Positions 13,818 to 25,600 of a stretch of 64,000 bases of DNA are shown piece by piece. The DNA lies in contig OZ076409.1 in assembly GCA_964187785.1 (NCBI GenBank), positions 82,338,001 through 82,402,000 on the forward strand. The letters are read 5' to 3'. Both the position numbers and the translations under genes were made by a program. The notes under the pieces are model-generated. The model searched no databases. It was not told the DNA's origin and saw nothing but the letters and a program-made list of their open reading frames with translations. The DNA is from Amphiscolops sp. MND2022. Lineage: Eukaryota. Every line of letters begins with the position of its first letter. The first letter of the stretch is position 1.

Positions 13818-14823
13818 CCCGGGTTGACCCTCCATGGATATCTTAGTAAGATTTTAACAAGATCTTGTCAAGATCTTAGAACTATCTTGGCTAAGATCTT
13901 GTCAAGATCTTGCCATGGTACTCATTTTGCCATACTAAGATCTTATCAAGAGAGCTATGTTCTCAAGAAAAATTTTATTGTAAAATCCAGAAAAAATCTG
14001 AAAGGAAGTCAACAAAAATCAACATCTATGCAGATTTACATTGTTATGTTAGACATGACAATGTTCTGTTCGCAAGGTAAAAAATTTGATTAAAGAGTCC
14101 TGGTGATATTTAGGGAGGCACTGATCAAATTAGTCTGTCAATAGCAAAACTGTCGCCAACAACGGCGTCAGATAAGCCTCGAGCTGAATCATAATCCAAA
14201 CAGGGACTATGACCGCCGTTTCTAGCAGTAATAAGGCTGCTGAAACAGGACAGGCTCAAAGAAAGCTAGAAAAATGATTTTTACAAAAGTTTCCGGATTT
14301 TAAAATCTTTCCCTTGTAACTTTCCGATAGTGGCTCTGGACGTTTGGGAGCATTTTTCTCCGTCTCTGGAATCGACAGAAATGATAAATTTCAAGTTTTG
14401 AAAAGCCCTTGAAATTACCTTTCATTTGGTACATTCGGCATTTTCAGTCTTAAACAGGTGAGGAGATATTAGGATTCCCGTCAGAATTTCCGAAGCCAGA
14501 ATACGTTATCGTAATTTTTCGCACATTTTTGCATGCAAATTTGTTTCAGCAGCTTGAAGCATTTTGATTATGAGTGGAAATAGTCGTTGGTGGGTGAAAT
14601 GAGCCTTCAGATTGAGTCTCACCTGCTTGTACTGAAGGTATAGTAATTTTTTGTAATCTTAAAATTTTGTCCATCGTGATAAGATACGATCTTGGAATAA
14701 GTAATATCTTAGTAAGATCTTAGTAAGAATCTTGCAATGGGATCCATGGTTGCCAAGATGTAGTAAGAATTTGGCAAGATCTTGCCAAGACAGCCAAGAT
14801 GCTACTAAGAGGGTCAACCCGGG
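13818..14823. mobile_element. MITE with CCC...GGG TIRs (CMC/EnSpm-like)
   Basis: Perfect 15-bp TIR CCCGGGTTGACCCTC / GAGGGTCAACCCGGG, TT on both flanks (2-bp TSD), subterminal arrays of AAGATCTT. Confidence 0.8.
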
Positions 14824-15071
14824 TTGACATTAATGATAGAATTGCCCAACAGTTGTTCTCGTCTGATAAAATGTTTTACTGTATTTCGTATCAAGCCCAT
14901 TGTAAGAAGGATTGAAGTGCGACCTCTTGACTCTCTATAGTGGATATTTTTGTCCTGTATTGTCAATTTTATCTCCACTTTCCAAACAAAGTTCGTTCGT
15001 TCAATACTATCCAAACCAATGCTTCTAGTAGGATCACCAACAGTATTAGTAGTCTTTTGCAATGATTTTTA

Positions 15072-15692
15072 TAGTCGACGCTTTTCCTTCAAAGGAAAAA
15101 TTGCCGACTCTTTCGAGAGACCTTTTTTTCTTTTCTTTTTTCTTCAGACCACAGGCCTCACACTGATCGGGCCACTGTTTACAGAAACTATTAAAACTAC
15201 TCAGGCCAAGTCCGGCCAAGGCAAACTTAGTGCAAAGGGCCCCCTTTCATTTTTCACTTTTTTAACGTAACCTAAAAAACCAGACGAGACTAAAGGGTCC
15301 CCCTTTTTGATTTTTTTTCGGCACTGTGCGACTTTTCTCGAAAATTTTTTAATGTCTCAAAAGTCCCAAAAGTCCCCCTTTGAGTTTTTTTGATATTTTG
15401 CAACAGAATGTACGTTAATAATTCCCAAAGGGTTCCCCTTTTGCCTTTTTCGGCACTATGCGTCATTATTCGAAAAAAATAAAAATCCGTAGTTTTTTCA
15501 AAAAATGTTTTTTTTGTTGTTCACAGTTGAGGAAAAAGTGGTTTCCGACTTTTATCGAGCAGGAAAGGTACCCTATGGGTGTCTCGAAACTGTTTTCTGA
15601 GCTTTTCATAAAAACGTCCTGGGAATGTTTTAAAAACTTTGCGCTTTTTGAGCTTTAGATATAGCGCCCACTTTAGATGTTCTCGTCTTGTT
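15072..15692. mobile_element. HINE family A copy
   Basis: TAGTCGACGCTTTTCC...GCCGACT start; end GCGCCCACTTT-AGATGTTCTCGTCT-TGTT; internal AAAGGGTCCCCC repeats shared with other copies. Confidence 0.65.
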
Positions 15693-15861
15693 AATTTTTA
15701 TCTGAATTTTTCTTGAAAATTGTTCTTGTTCACACTTGCAGGAGCTTTAAACGCTATTCTCTCGCCTTTACGAAGATGCAGTCGAGATAACTTGAATTGA
15801 AAATGGGAAGCACTTCCAATTTGTTTGAGTTAAGTGAAAACTACTTAAGTAGTTTTCACTT

Positions 15862-16903
15862 CCCAGTGTAAAAACTCTTGGATTTCTTACCAAGATCTTG
15901 GATTCTCCTACAAAATCCTGCTACCTCTTGAATTTCTTGATAAGATCTTGGAAACTCTTACTTCTTCCAAAAAATCTTGAATTTCTTGACAAGAATCTTG
16001 CCAAGATTCTTATCAAGAAATCCGGGAGTTGAAAATTTCGTTTATTTCAAAATTCAGTGCGGTGTCTCAAATTGATGAATTTGCGTCAAAATAAGACATG
16101 TTTTCAGTAATTTTGGGCTATGTTATGGAAAAATCTACAAAAGTTACCTTTTCTCAGCTTATTTACGGCCAATTTCAAAGGCCAATTGTCTGCAATTACC
16201 AATTCGGGCAACTTTTCAATCTTATATGATCAATTTTGTGTCTGAAACATGTATTTTTTAGATCCCTATTACATACCAATTGGATCTTGTTTTCAATCCT
16301 TTTAGATCATAATTTCGCTTTATTCAGGTTTGAATATGCAATTTTGAGAACAATCCAATGATTTTCCAACTTCAGTTGCACTTCTTTGGATCTTTCATGA
16401 TCAATTTCGGGTCTGAAACATGTATTTTTTAGATCCCTTTTACATTCCAATTGGGTCTTGTTTTTAATCCTTTTAGATCATATTCTTGCTTAATTCAGAT
16501 CTGAATTTGCAATTGTGAGAGCATAATCCAATGATTTTTCAACGTCAGGTGCATTTTTTGGATCTTCCATGATCAGTTTTGGGCCTGAAATTTTTAGATC
16601 GTAATTCCATAATGCTGGATGTTTTTGGATAATTTATTAGCTCATTTGCCGAGACTTCTGAAGGTTTTATGATGAATGAGGTTCTAAACGGGAATCTTGA
16701 AACCTCTTGCATTTTCTTGCCTATTCTTGGTTTTTCTTGAAACTCTTGATAAGAATCTTGGAATTTCTTGAATTTCTTGGCACGATCTTGCAAGATCTTA
16801 CAATTTCTTGGATTTCTTGGTAAGAGTCTTGGCAAGATTCTTACCAAGAAATCCAAGAATATCCAAGATTCTTACCAAGAGTTCCAAGAGTTTTTACACT
16901 GGG
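15862..16903. mobile_element. MITE with 21-bp TIRs (CMC/EnSpm-like) and an internal ~171-bp tandem repeat
   Basis: CCCAGTGTAAAAACTCTTGGA / TCCAAGAGTTTTTACACTGGG, TT flanks, subterminal TCTTG/CAAGA arrays; GATCAATTT..GTCTGAAACATGTATTTTTTAGATCCC repeated at ~16228 and ~16399. Confidence 0.85.
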
Positions 16904-17097
16904 TTAACTCAAACAAATTGGAAGGGCTTCCCATTTTCAATTCCTATTTGCGAGATGGACAAGTAACAATTGCAGTGGTGAAACAGTTTCATGATGTACG
17001 ATGTGTAATTGTTGCAAACGAAATATCCAGAAGGAACTTCTCACAAAAACAAAGCAGATCTGAAATGAATTGGATTGATGTCAAAAACAATCCGAAG

Positions 17098-17810
17098 ATC
17101 AGGATTCTGAGGGTACACGAGTAGGAACAAATGATTTAAGAGGGTAGGTAGTACAATAATGTTACAGTGAGTCAGTTTTGTTGCATCGTTCTGAAAGACG
17201 TTAGTTTTCAAAACTAAGCAATTAGGTACTTTGAGGAGGATATCTCTGACCAAAATGTCTACACGAAGTCACCAGAGGAAGGCGGCTGCACGGGAGGAGT
17301 TGATAAATGTAACTATAATTGTAGATTCTCCTGTTGAAGTTGAAAAGGTTGTAGATTTAGGTAATCAGGACAAGACCATTGCGGCCATCTTGTTCAACGT
17401 TATCAAGAATGGAGAATATCGAGTTGGAAATTATCAAGAATGTCTCTGAAAGTGGTAATTACGTCGGGGATTAGAAAAATGATAGTCCAGTCAAGGGAAC
17501 TACTCAAGTCCACTTCAAAAAAGGAAATACTTGATTTTAGTTAAAACTGGAAATGAAGAAAATACTGTTAAGTCTGTTTAAAATACCTATGAAAAACCGT
17601 TTGAAGGATTGTTTTACCCCAACTATTATCTTACGTCCTAACAACGTCCAAAATAGAGGATCGGTAGCTAATGCAGATGTCTCCTCGGTGTTCCAGCGTT
17701 GGACTTTCAGTAGAGCATTGGTGACCCTCAGTGGAGTGCGGAAGTCAGGATTGTAAAGGTACGCGAGTAGGAACAAATGCTAGGAGGGTATGTAGTACAC
17801 TAATGCTACA
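17098..17810 (+). mobile_element. Degenerate LTR/gag N-terminus relic related to the 62-kb family
   Basis: MSTRSHQRKAAAREEL...PSCSTLSRMENIELEIIK..SLKVVITSGIRKMI (frameshifted) parallels MTTRSQKKKAVAEL...SSSKIPRIEPENLAEIKTSLRKEIMSDLTKLL at 62503; flanked by a ~65-bp imperfect direct repeat at ~17100 and ~17745. Confidence 0.5.
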
Positions 17811-18842
17811 TGGGGTTCCCTAGTCAAAGTTGTCTTCTCTACACTTGTCAACATGGGTTATGTTTTCCCTTCTCTTGATCGGTGGATATCTAGTGAATAA
17901 TTTTTAGGTAAATTTTCCGATTTTTTTGTGAATGGACTCAGAACACACCGGTGACCTTTGAGATGTTCTGATTGGTGACCATAAAAGTTACTTTTGAGCT
18001 AAGTGCTGTAAGTTTGTTGTTTAACCTCCACCGTGCAGATGTTTCTGAATATTTTACCTTTAAGCGCTTGCTCCTTCAACTCTACTGTAGTAGAAATGTG
18101 ATTGTAACCGTGGTTCCTATCTCAAGGGACCTAATCAACTGTATATATATCTTTAAGAGCACAATATCATCCCAGGAATAATTGATGAAACTGGAGGTTT
18201 TCTGAGTTCAAGATAAACTCGCTCAAGGGTATCAATGTACTCTGATTTTGAAGTACTCTGAGATCGTAAAGTATCAGAAAGTGATTGACTTGCATCAAAC
18301 GTAATCAGAATTGTCGATGCAGCTTCAATAAACTGGAAAACGTTGTCTCCTGAAATTTTCCCTAAGACTACTGACTCGAAATTTTCCCTCAATCTTACAA
18401 TGCTTGTAAATGTAAAATGCTTGCAGAAGATTTTAGACGGAAGCATGATTAAAAATAGTCTTCAGCAATTGATAGAAAAGGCTATTGATAAAGTATCTAT
18501 CGTCCTGGCTAATTAGCGGAGAGGCCAAATAATTGTGTTTTTTCCCTTTCACTTCCGTTGGGAAAAAATGGTCGAATTTTACGGCTATTCGTTCAGGAAA
18601 ATTTGCAGTACACAGTATATATACTTGGGATTTTCAAATGTTCTAATTTTTTAAGTCTTTTAGTTCATTAAATTATTTAATTCCCCGGTGCTAGGTAATT
18701 GATTCGGATTCACTTTCCGGTTTGATTGGTTTTCGCCTTGTGAACGAGTTACAAAAATGGACTTTCTTAGTTTTGCCGTGTCAAATTCAACCATGACGGT
18801 CTTTTTCCTCTAAAACCCCCCTTGCCCTCCCACGTTACAAAA

Positions 18843-18978
18843 ACTTGAGTTTTAACCTAATGCGGTGTTCTAAAATTACTTTAAAACAATTCCTGAAACA
18901 TGTCTTTCTATAGAAAGACATGTTTCAGGAATTGTTTTAAAGTAATTTTAGTACACCGCATTAGGTTAAAACTCAAGT
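18843..18978. repeat. 136-bp palindrome with no spacer and one mismatch
   Basis: Arms 18843-18910 and 18911-18978 are reverse complements (centre TTTCTA|TAGAAA); single GTTC/GTAC mismatch. Confidence 0.95.
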
Positions 18979-19047
18979 ATACTCTTTTCTGTTGACGTTG
19001 CATGAATTCGTACAATGTGCATATAATTTATACTCCTTTTAATGTTT

Positions 19048-20075
19048 TTAGTCGGCGCTTTTCTAGTGAAAAGTGCCCGACTCTTACAGTGGCTAGTATT
19101 TTTTAGTCGGCGCCTTTTCCCTTAAGGAAAAAAGCCCGACTATTACAGTGGGTAGTTTTTTTTCTTTTTCAGCCTACAATCTCACTCTGAATGGTCCACT
19201 TTTCTTACAATCTTTGTTCATTTGTTCAACTAATTTTCTGAGAAGCCGGAGATCGTGGGTTCGATTCTCGCACTAAACCACAAATTTTTTATGCTTCCAA
19301 AAGTAGATGCGAGACCAAAGGTTTTCTTTCGTTTGATTTTTTTTCGTTTTTTTTTCGGCACTATGCGACTTTTTTTTTCGATTTCGGATTCTATCAAAGG
19401 GTAACCCCTTGCATTTTTTTGAAGTTTTCGGTTAGTAAAAACGTTTAGTGAGCCTGAATGGCCTCTTTTTGAGTTTTTCGGCATTGTGCGACTTTCTAAA
19501 AAAAACTTTTTTCAAAACAAAATTTCAACATTTTTTTTGAAAAAAATAATTTTCCCAAATGTTTCCAATAGTTGTTCTTTGAATATTTTTGAGCCTTAGA
19601 TATGGCGCCGACATGAGGCGATCCCGTCCTGTTTTCTTTTTTTCTCGTCAGACTACAATCTCACTCTGATTGGGCCACTTTTCTTACAATCGAAACTACT
19701 AAAACTACTACCATAAGGCCAATTCCAGTCAGCGGAAATTAGTGCAAAAGGTTCCCCCCTTTCATCTTTTACTTTTTTAACGTAACCTTCAAAACCGGAC
19801 GAGACTAAAGGGCCCCCTTTCGATTTTTGTTCGGCATTGTGCGACTTTTTTCGAAAATTTTTTAACGTCTCAAAAGAGTCCCCCTTTCGAGTTTTTTGAT
19901 ATTTCGCAACAGAATATACGTTAATAAAGCCCAAAAGGTCCCCCTTTTTACATTTTTTGGCACTATGCGACATTTTCTGAAAGAAAAAATCAAAAGTTTC
20001 AAGTTTTTTTTAAAAGTCTTTTGCCCTTTTTGAGCCTTAGATATAGCGCCGACTTTAGACGTTCCCGTCTTGTTT
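19048..20075. mobile_element. Nested cluster of HINE family A elements
   Basis: Two TAGTCGGCGC starts (~19049, ~19104) and two hairpin ends (~19604-19634, ~20045-20075); largely the reverse complement of 58130-58750. Confidence 0.7.
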
Positions 20076-20342
20076 ACATAATTTTACGTGGGTGGGAGGT
20101 GATAGAGAAAAAATTCTACATGTTCAAGTTGGCATTTAAATAATTTTATAGAAGAAATAGCATTCAATGATGTTAAAGCCCTAGTCCAGATCGCTTGAAC
20201 TTTTACATACTGCATGGAAACATGCAATCTAATTTTCCACAGAACATGGAAAATTCAGGGAGCATACATGGAAAACTTTTGTAAGATTACAATGGAGCTT
20301 GAAAGTTCAGGCAGTTTCAACCAGGGTATGGAGAATCAAAAA

Positions 20343-21530
20343 CTAAAAACAACTAACCAGATATCGGAGGTATGTCAGAAGTTGTCTCATTTTTTCTTCA
20401 TCTTCGTCAGACCCCTCGAAGAGTTGCTCGCTGTCATCATTGTTTTGATCACCCACGTAGCTCAGCTCGTTTTTGACATGAGCCAGGTCCAAGTCTTTGT
20501 CTTCTTTCTTGGTCTTCACTTCCTCCTGTGCCCTCTTTCGGAACGGATAGGCTCTGGTGTTGATTTGTTCCAGATCATCGAAAGCTTGCTCGTCGTCGTC
20601 ATCTTCATCGTCGTCTTCATCGTCGTCATCTTCATCATCGTCTTCATCTTCATCGTCTTCATCATCGTCGTGATCTTCTTCACCGTTTTCATCGTCGTCA
20701 TTTTCATCATCGTCTTCATCTTCATCGTCTTCATCATCGTCGTGATCTTCTTCACCGTTTTCATCGTCGTCATTTTCATCATCGTCTTCATCGTCGTCTT
20801 CTTCATCATCGTCTTCTTCGTCATCGTCTTCATCTTCGTCTTCTTCGTCATCGTCTTCTTCATCGTCTTCTTCGTCATCTTCATCTTCTTCGTTCTTCTT
20901 AACCTCGTCATCTTCATCTTCGTCATCGTCTTCCTCGTCATTTTCCTCACCTTCTTCATCATCGTCATCATCATCTTCTTCCTCGTCTTCGCGTTCATCG
21001 TCAAACTCGTCTTGAGATCGTTTGACCTGATCACCCTGCTCACTATCAACGTCAATTTCCATGTCTCCAAAATCAACTCCAAAGTATTCTTTCATGACCT
21101 CTTTGATTTCAGCGTCAGTGAGATGATCTTTGACCTTCAGGTCAAAAGCGAGGTTTGATAGGAGATTCATCTCTTCCATGAGATCCATTGCTTCTTCTTC
21201 ACCAAGCTCAGCCTCGTTTTCAAGCTCCTCGTCTTCTTTCAAGGCGTCTTTCTCCATTTCGTTCTCCTCTTTCCGCATTTTTTCTTGTGCCAATTCCAAC
21301 TCATCCTGCTCATCGTTGCTTCTTTTAGGGTGCCATTCATCTTCTTCGAAGTACCCCCGTTTCTTCAGCTCAGTCTCTTCTTCTGCCATGGCTCGGTCCT
21401 CCAACTCTTCCAGAATTTCCAGAATCTCGTCATCGTCGTAGCCCTTGTAGCGCAGCTCATAGATGAAGTTTTCCAGCTCCCGTCGTTCTTCAAGGTCTTC
21501 AACATATTGGTAGTAGACGTCAGGGTAATT
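20343..21530 (-). CDS. Large exon of a very acidic (Asp/Glu-rich) protein with dibasic sites; granin/prohormone-like or Ca-binding acidic protein
   Basis: Acceptor cctcccatAG| before 21530 opens NYPDVYYQYVEDLEERRELENFIYELRYKGY... in frame with the 353-aa ORF. Contains KKR-GYFEEDEWHP-KR, VKRS and FRKRA sites and a >100-aa D/E tract with a 72-nt duplication. Ends at TAG 20343-20345, or splices at CTG|GTTAGT (20357). Confidence 0.75.
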   Translation of the reverse strand, partial: NYPDVYYQYVEDLEERRELENFIYELRYKGYDDDEILEILEELEDRAMAEEETELKKRGYFEEDEWHPKRSNDEQDELELAQEKMRKEENEMEKDALKEDEELENEAELGEEEAMDLMEEMNLLSNLAFDLKVKDHLTDAEIKEVMKEYFGVDFGDMEIDVDSEQGDQVKRSQDEFDDEREDEEEDDDDDDEEGEENDEEDDDEDEDDEVKKNEEDEDDEEDDEEDDDEEDEDEDDDEEDDDEEDDDEDDDENDDDENGEEDHDDDEDDEDEDDDENDDDENGEEDHDDDEDDEDEDDDEDDDDEDDDEDDDDEQAFDDLEQINTRAYPFRKRAQEEVKTKKEDKDLDLAHVKNELSYVGDQNNDDSEQLFEGSDEDEEKMRQLLTYLRYLVSCF

Positions 21531-22444
21531 CTATGGGAGGGGAATTCAAATCAGTACTTATTGAAAACTTATTTTTTTTCAATAGGTCCAATAGTATTTT
21601 TATTTATCGGTTTCTCAAAATGAAGTATTGAAACGAATGTATACTTTGTAGGAAATTTTCAGGCAGATAATGAAATAAACTTCTGAAGCTCGGTTTTTGA
21701 TCAACCCCGCTTCAGTAGAAACCAGAAAACTACTAGTTCGAATGTTTGGCATCGTTTTCGACAATTATACTGCCAAAAAAACAAATCCGTCAATGACACG
21801 GGAGAAAACCACTCTGTACTTTTTACCCTTCCAAAAATTTCAAAAAAAAATCAACCCGAAAACAGTTGAACGTCCTAAAATTTAATTTTGGTATTGTATA
21901 AACAAGGCTTATTTAAGTTGCTTTTTCCTTATTTTATTGCTTGTTGCCGATCTCAGCCCACGCATTTAGCATGTATACTGATACTCTTAGCGGGTGTTCT
22001 TTTCTGCGTGCGCTTCAGCGTTTGAACTGAAACTTTTGAGCGAATCGTGAGGGTTAAAATTGTTTCAAAAAATCGCATCCGCGAAAAACATCTGCCGTTC
22101 TTACATTCCTTCAGCTATATAAGCTGCTTGGCTCCAATTTCAGGCTGAATATATCTATCTGCCATTTAGCTTCACCTACAATTTTTTTGAGAGACCCAAA
22201 AATATAACAGTGCCACTGTGTTTCCGGAAATGAGAATATCTCGTCTATCGACTAGCCTAGCTGTGAATAATTACAAACATTTTTTTGGAAATTCAAAGTT
22301 GAGCTCCTTGAATGTCAGCAATTAAAAGACACGGAAATTTTCATATCATTTGATCGTTGAATACATTCCTTTGATACGTAAGTCGGACAACAAAAGTGGA
22401 TAATTTTCCCTATAAAATCCGGATTTCGAACTATTTTTGAACAC

Positions 22445-22600
22445 CCCTGCCTGAAGTTCTTCCAGTCTGGCTTTGACGGCGCTGTTAGACTCCTGGTCGA
22501 TTGGTCGCTCGTTTTCGTCTTCAACGCCTTCTTCTCCTAGTGCCACGTCATTCTTTGGAGCTTCCCATTGGTCATCGAATCGCTTGGAGTGAGAAGATTC
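22445..22600 (-). CDS. Upstream exon of the same acidic protein
   Basis: cctttttAG| before 22600 opens ESSHSKRFDDQWEAPKNDVALGEEGVEDENERPIDQESNSAVKARLEELQ; a phase-0 donor (CAG|GCAGGG at 22450 or GGG|GTGTTC at 22444) fits the phase-0 acceptor at 21530. Start exon not found. Confidence 0.65.
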
Positions 22601-25600
22601 CTAAAAAGGAAACTGCAACTCTTTTAAAAAAAATTGACTAAAAAGAAACCAAAATGTGTGAAAACTCATATTTGTTGGAAATATGTCGCAACTTTGACAA
22701 AGTCATAGGATTTTAAAACGCTGCCAAGTTACAATCAGGAGGTTGTTCCTGGATTATGTCGACAAATACATTTTTGAAAATCAATACCTAGTCATGATTC
22801 ATTCAAAATGGCAAGAAAGCAATATATTTAAATACGATGATAGTTTTGGCATGCAAATACGAGCAATCAGGAAGCTTCTGAATTTGTTATATTTTTCATC
22901 GTTCATATATATGGGTACACTGAGGGTGGAATAATAAAATATTGAAAAAGCAAGCATGTGAATTTTTGATGTCTTGTGAATAAATACTGATCACGCGAAT
23001 CTACAGCAATCCAGAAAAATCAATTATTCATTGATTCCTCTCAAGAGTACATGAATAGCAAACATGCTTTTAAAAAATAAGTACATAAGTGTATCTACGT
23101 AGGATTAAAAGGTTAAAAGTGTAAATTCTAAAACAGTTCACGATTTTTTGAGGATATGCAATAAAAGCTAATTACTTCTTTTGAAGAAAATACATATATT
23201 GAACAAAAAGAAGAGAGAATGGAAATAGGTCAAAAACAAAAAAATTGAATGAAGAGTCGGTGATAAAAATAGATTTTTGCCTATCTATAAGCGGTACCAC
23301 TTTATAACATTTTAACAGTATCAAATGAACACTATTCTGTTTTATAGTGGTTGTTTGGAGCCTAAAATAGTGTGAAAAAATCAGAAAGAAAAAAATCAGC
23401 AAATGCGTTACTATTTCCAATTCACTCAAACACGTGAAGTCGATTTATCTATTCGTATCCACGAATAACCAAGTATCAACTCTAACTCAATTGAAACCTT
23501 TATCAAGTGATTTACAAATTCATCAATATATTCTCAAAAAATTGGCAAACAAGACAAAGCATTCCCATAATTATGCAGATTGATAAATATCCACGGCCTT
23601 TCATGCTAGCCAGACACGAAACTGGACAAACTGGCACGCTATTGCAGGTGCCAGCTGTAATAAATTTCTGCATTGTACTGATGGAAAAAAAAACAGTTGT
23701 GTTAACCAGCGGATGAAAAAATGATTATTGAACGAGTGGACAAAAAATGACATCGCAAATCGTGACGTCATGAAAATTACAGGAAAAACGTCGACAGAAA
23801 AAGAAAACAAAAACAGCGGGAAGTATGTGTAAGGTATAGCTCTTCATGCTGGTTGAATGTGGAAACAGGAGCGCGGTGTTTTTTTGTCTGTTGGGAAAGA
23901 TGAAAGAAAAGCAAACAGGTACGAAATTTAGAATTGATTAGACATGGCATGAACAAGTATGCATAAGAGCGCAGGTGTTTTCGTATTTTCATGCCATGAA
24001 TATTTAATTGCGAGATGGTCAAAACCCGTGCACGTGTATTTGAGTGGCGATTGGCCATGCCTCGCAGCGGGCTCAATTATTGAAAATTGTCTTAAGGGTT
24101 TCCTTCTTCCCTTTTTACATATAACTGTCCTCTATCCCACGCTAAAGTAGGAAAAAACTTTACCTCCGCATAATCACGTATGAATGACGTAACAACTTGC
24201 ATTAAAATTTCCATAAAAGGAGGCCAGGTGTTTTCAGATAATTCAATTTGATTGTTTCTACAATTCTAGATTTGATCGGCGTGCGGTAAAGGTGTTGCAT
24301 ATAATTTAAAAAGAAGATTATTAATTTTTAAACGCGTAATATTAGTGCATGGCTGGTCTTTTGCTGTTTTGTTAGTTTGACAGAATCAAAAGCGAGCTTC
24401 AAAATGATAAAAGTTTATATGGAGCTCTCATTGAAGTTGTCAAACGTAAGTGAACAAAAGAATCGGGAAGTTTCCAATTCGATACGGCTGTTTGTTTAGG
24501 AAAACAAAACAAAAACAAACAGTGATGAATTGGAAACGATTTTTTGAAAAAAGAAGCGAAGAGCCCGCGGCTGCTGAAAAGGTTTCAACAAAGTTTTTAA
24601 AAAAACACTGCAGCCACTTTCACATTAGTTGTAAATAATTTTTGTATGGATCGACTTTTGAAAATACATTGATTAATTCACTTGATAAAACTCTATTATA
24701 TATTTGTAGAAAATTAACTACTATGCAATTGGAAACAGAATCCTTCAAGTATATTTAGCAAAAGGCTTCGAATTGCAGCCAAAATTAGGATGCGTCGTTT
24801 AGGTAGCTTACCTTGATAAAATCCAATTAAATCCGTGAATTTCAATGCATCGAAGTTTCCGCGAGAGCTCTATAAAATTATGATTAGTTTGGCAACCTAC
24901 AAAAATATGTAAAATTTTCAAACAGTTCCAAACTCTATCTAAACTTGCAATTGAAATGGTTTTATGAACAATATAGAATGCGGGAGAGTGGGCGGGGCAG
25001 AGAATAATCGTCTTCAAAAATCCTTCAGTTAACTTCAACTGAAGATTAATCGAGAGATGGAATTATTATGAGATGTGCATGTACGACAGCTCATGTACAA
25101 ATGAATGCATTTTATCAAGACATATATGTTCATACATGAATTAATGCCATGTTTGACGCCATAATTCGGGCCTTTTCCATTTCGAAAAATTCAATAAAAT
25201 TTACACATAAGTAGAAGACTGATTTTTTGGCTTTCTGATAAGAGAAACGCCATGGCCTTGCCAAGTACATGTAGTTTTATACATGATGTTTTTTCCCTAC
25301 AGACAGTAAAATGCGCATGTGTTTTCATGGGAAAATTTTACAGCCACAGGAAATGAAAACAAGAAAAAGTCTATTCAGTCGGCAACTTTGCATATATTTG
25401 TCTGAAAACTCTTTCCATTTTCGTTACAGTTTGACACAATATAAAAGGACTGCAATATTGGGGGTTTCCAAGGGCTGCAATATTGAAGGATTCCAAGGGC
25501 TAATTTTATAATGTCCGTATAAGGAAAATAGAGAAAGCTCATTACTTGAATTTCTGTCTTGCAAAATAGTCTGACATTTTCCATCTCAAAACGTTCACTT

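Noticed and set aside
20214..21158. 314-aa hydrophobic (F/I/V-rich) ORF on +, and 188-aa M/K/T-rich ORF on - (20516-21082)
   Set aside because: Shadow frames of the GAY/GAR acidic repeat; only the D/E frame has splice-site support and non-repetitive protein-like flanks.
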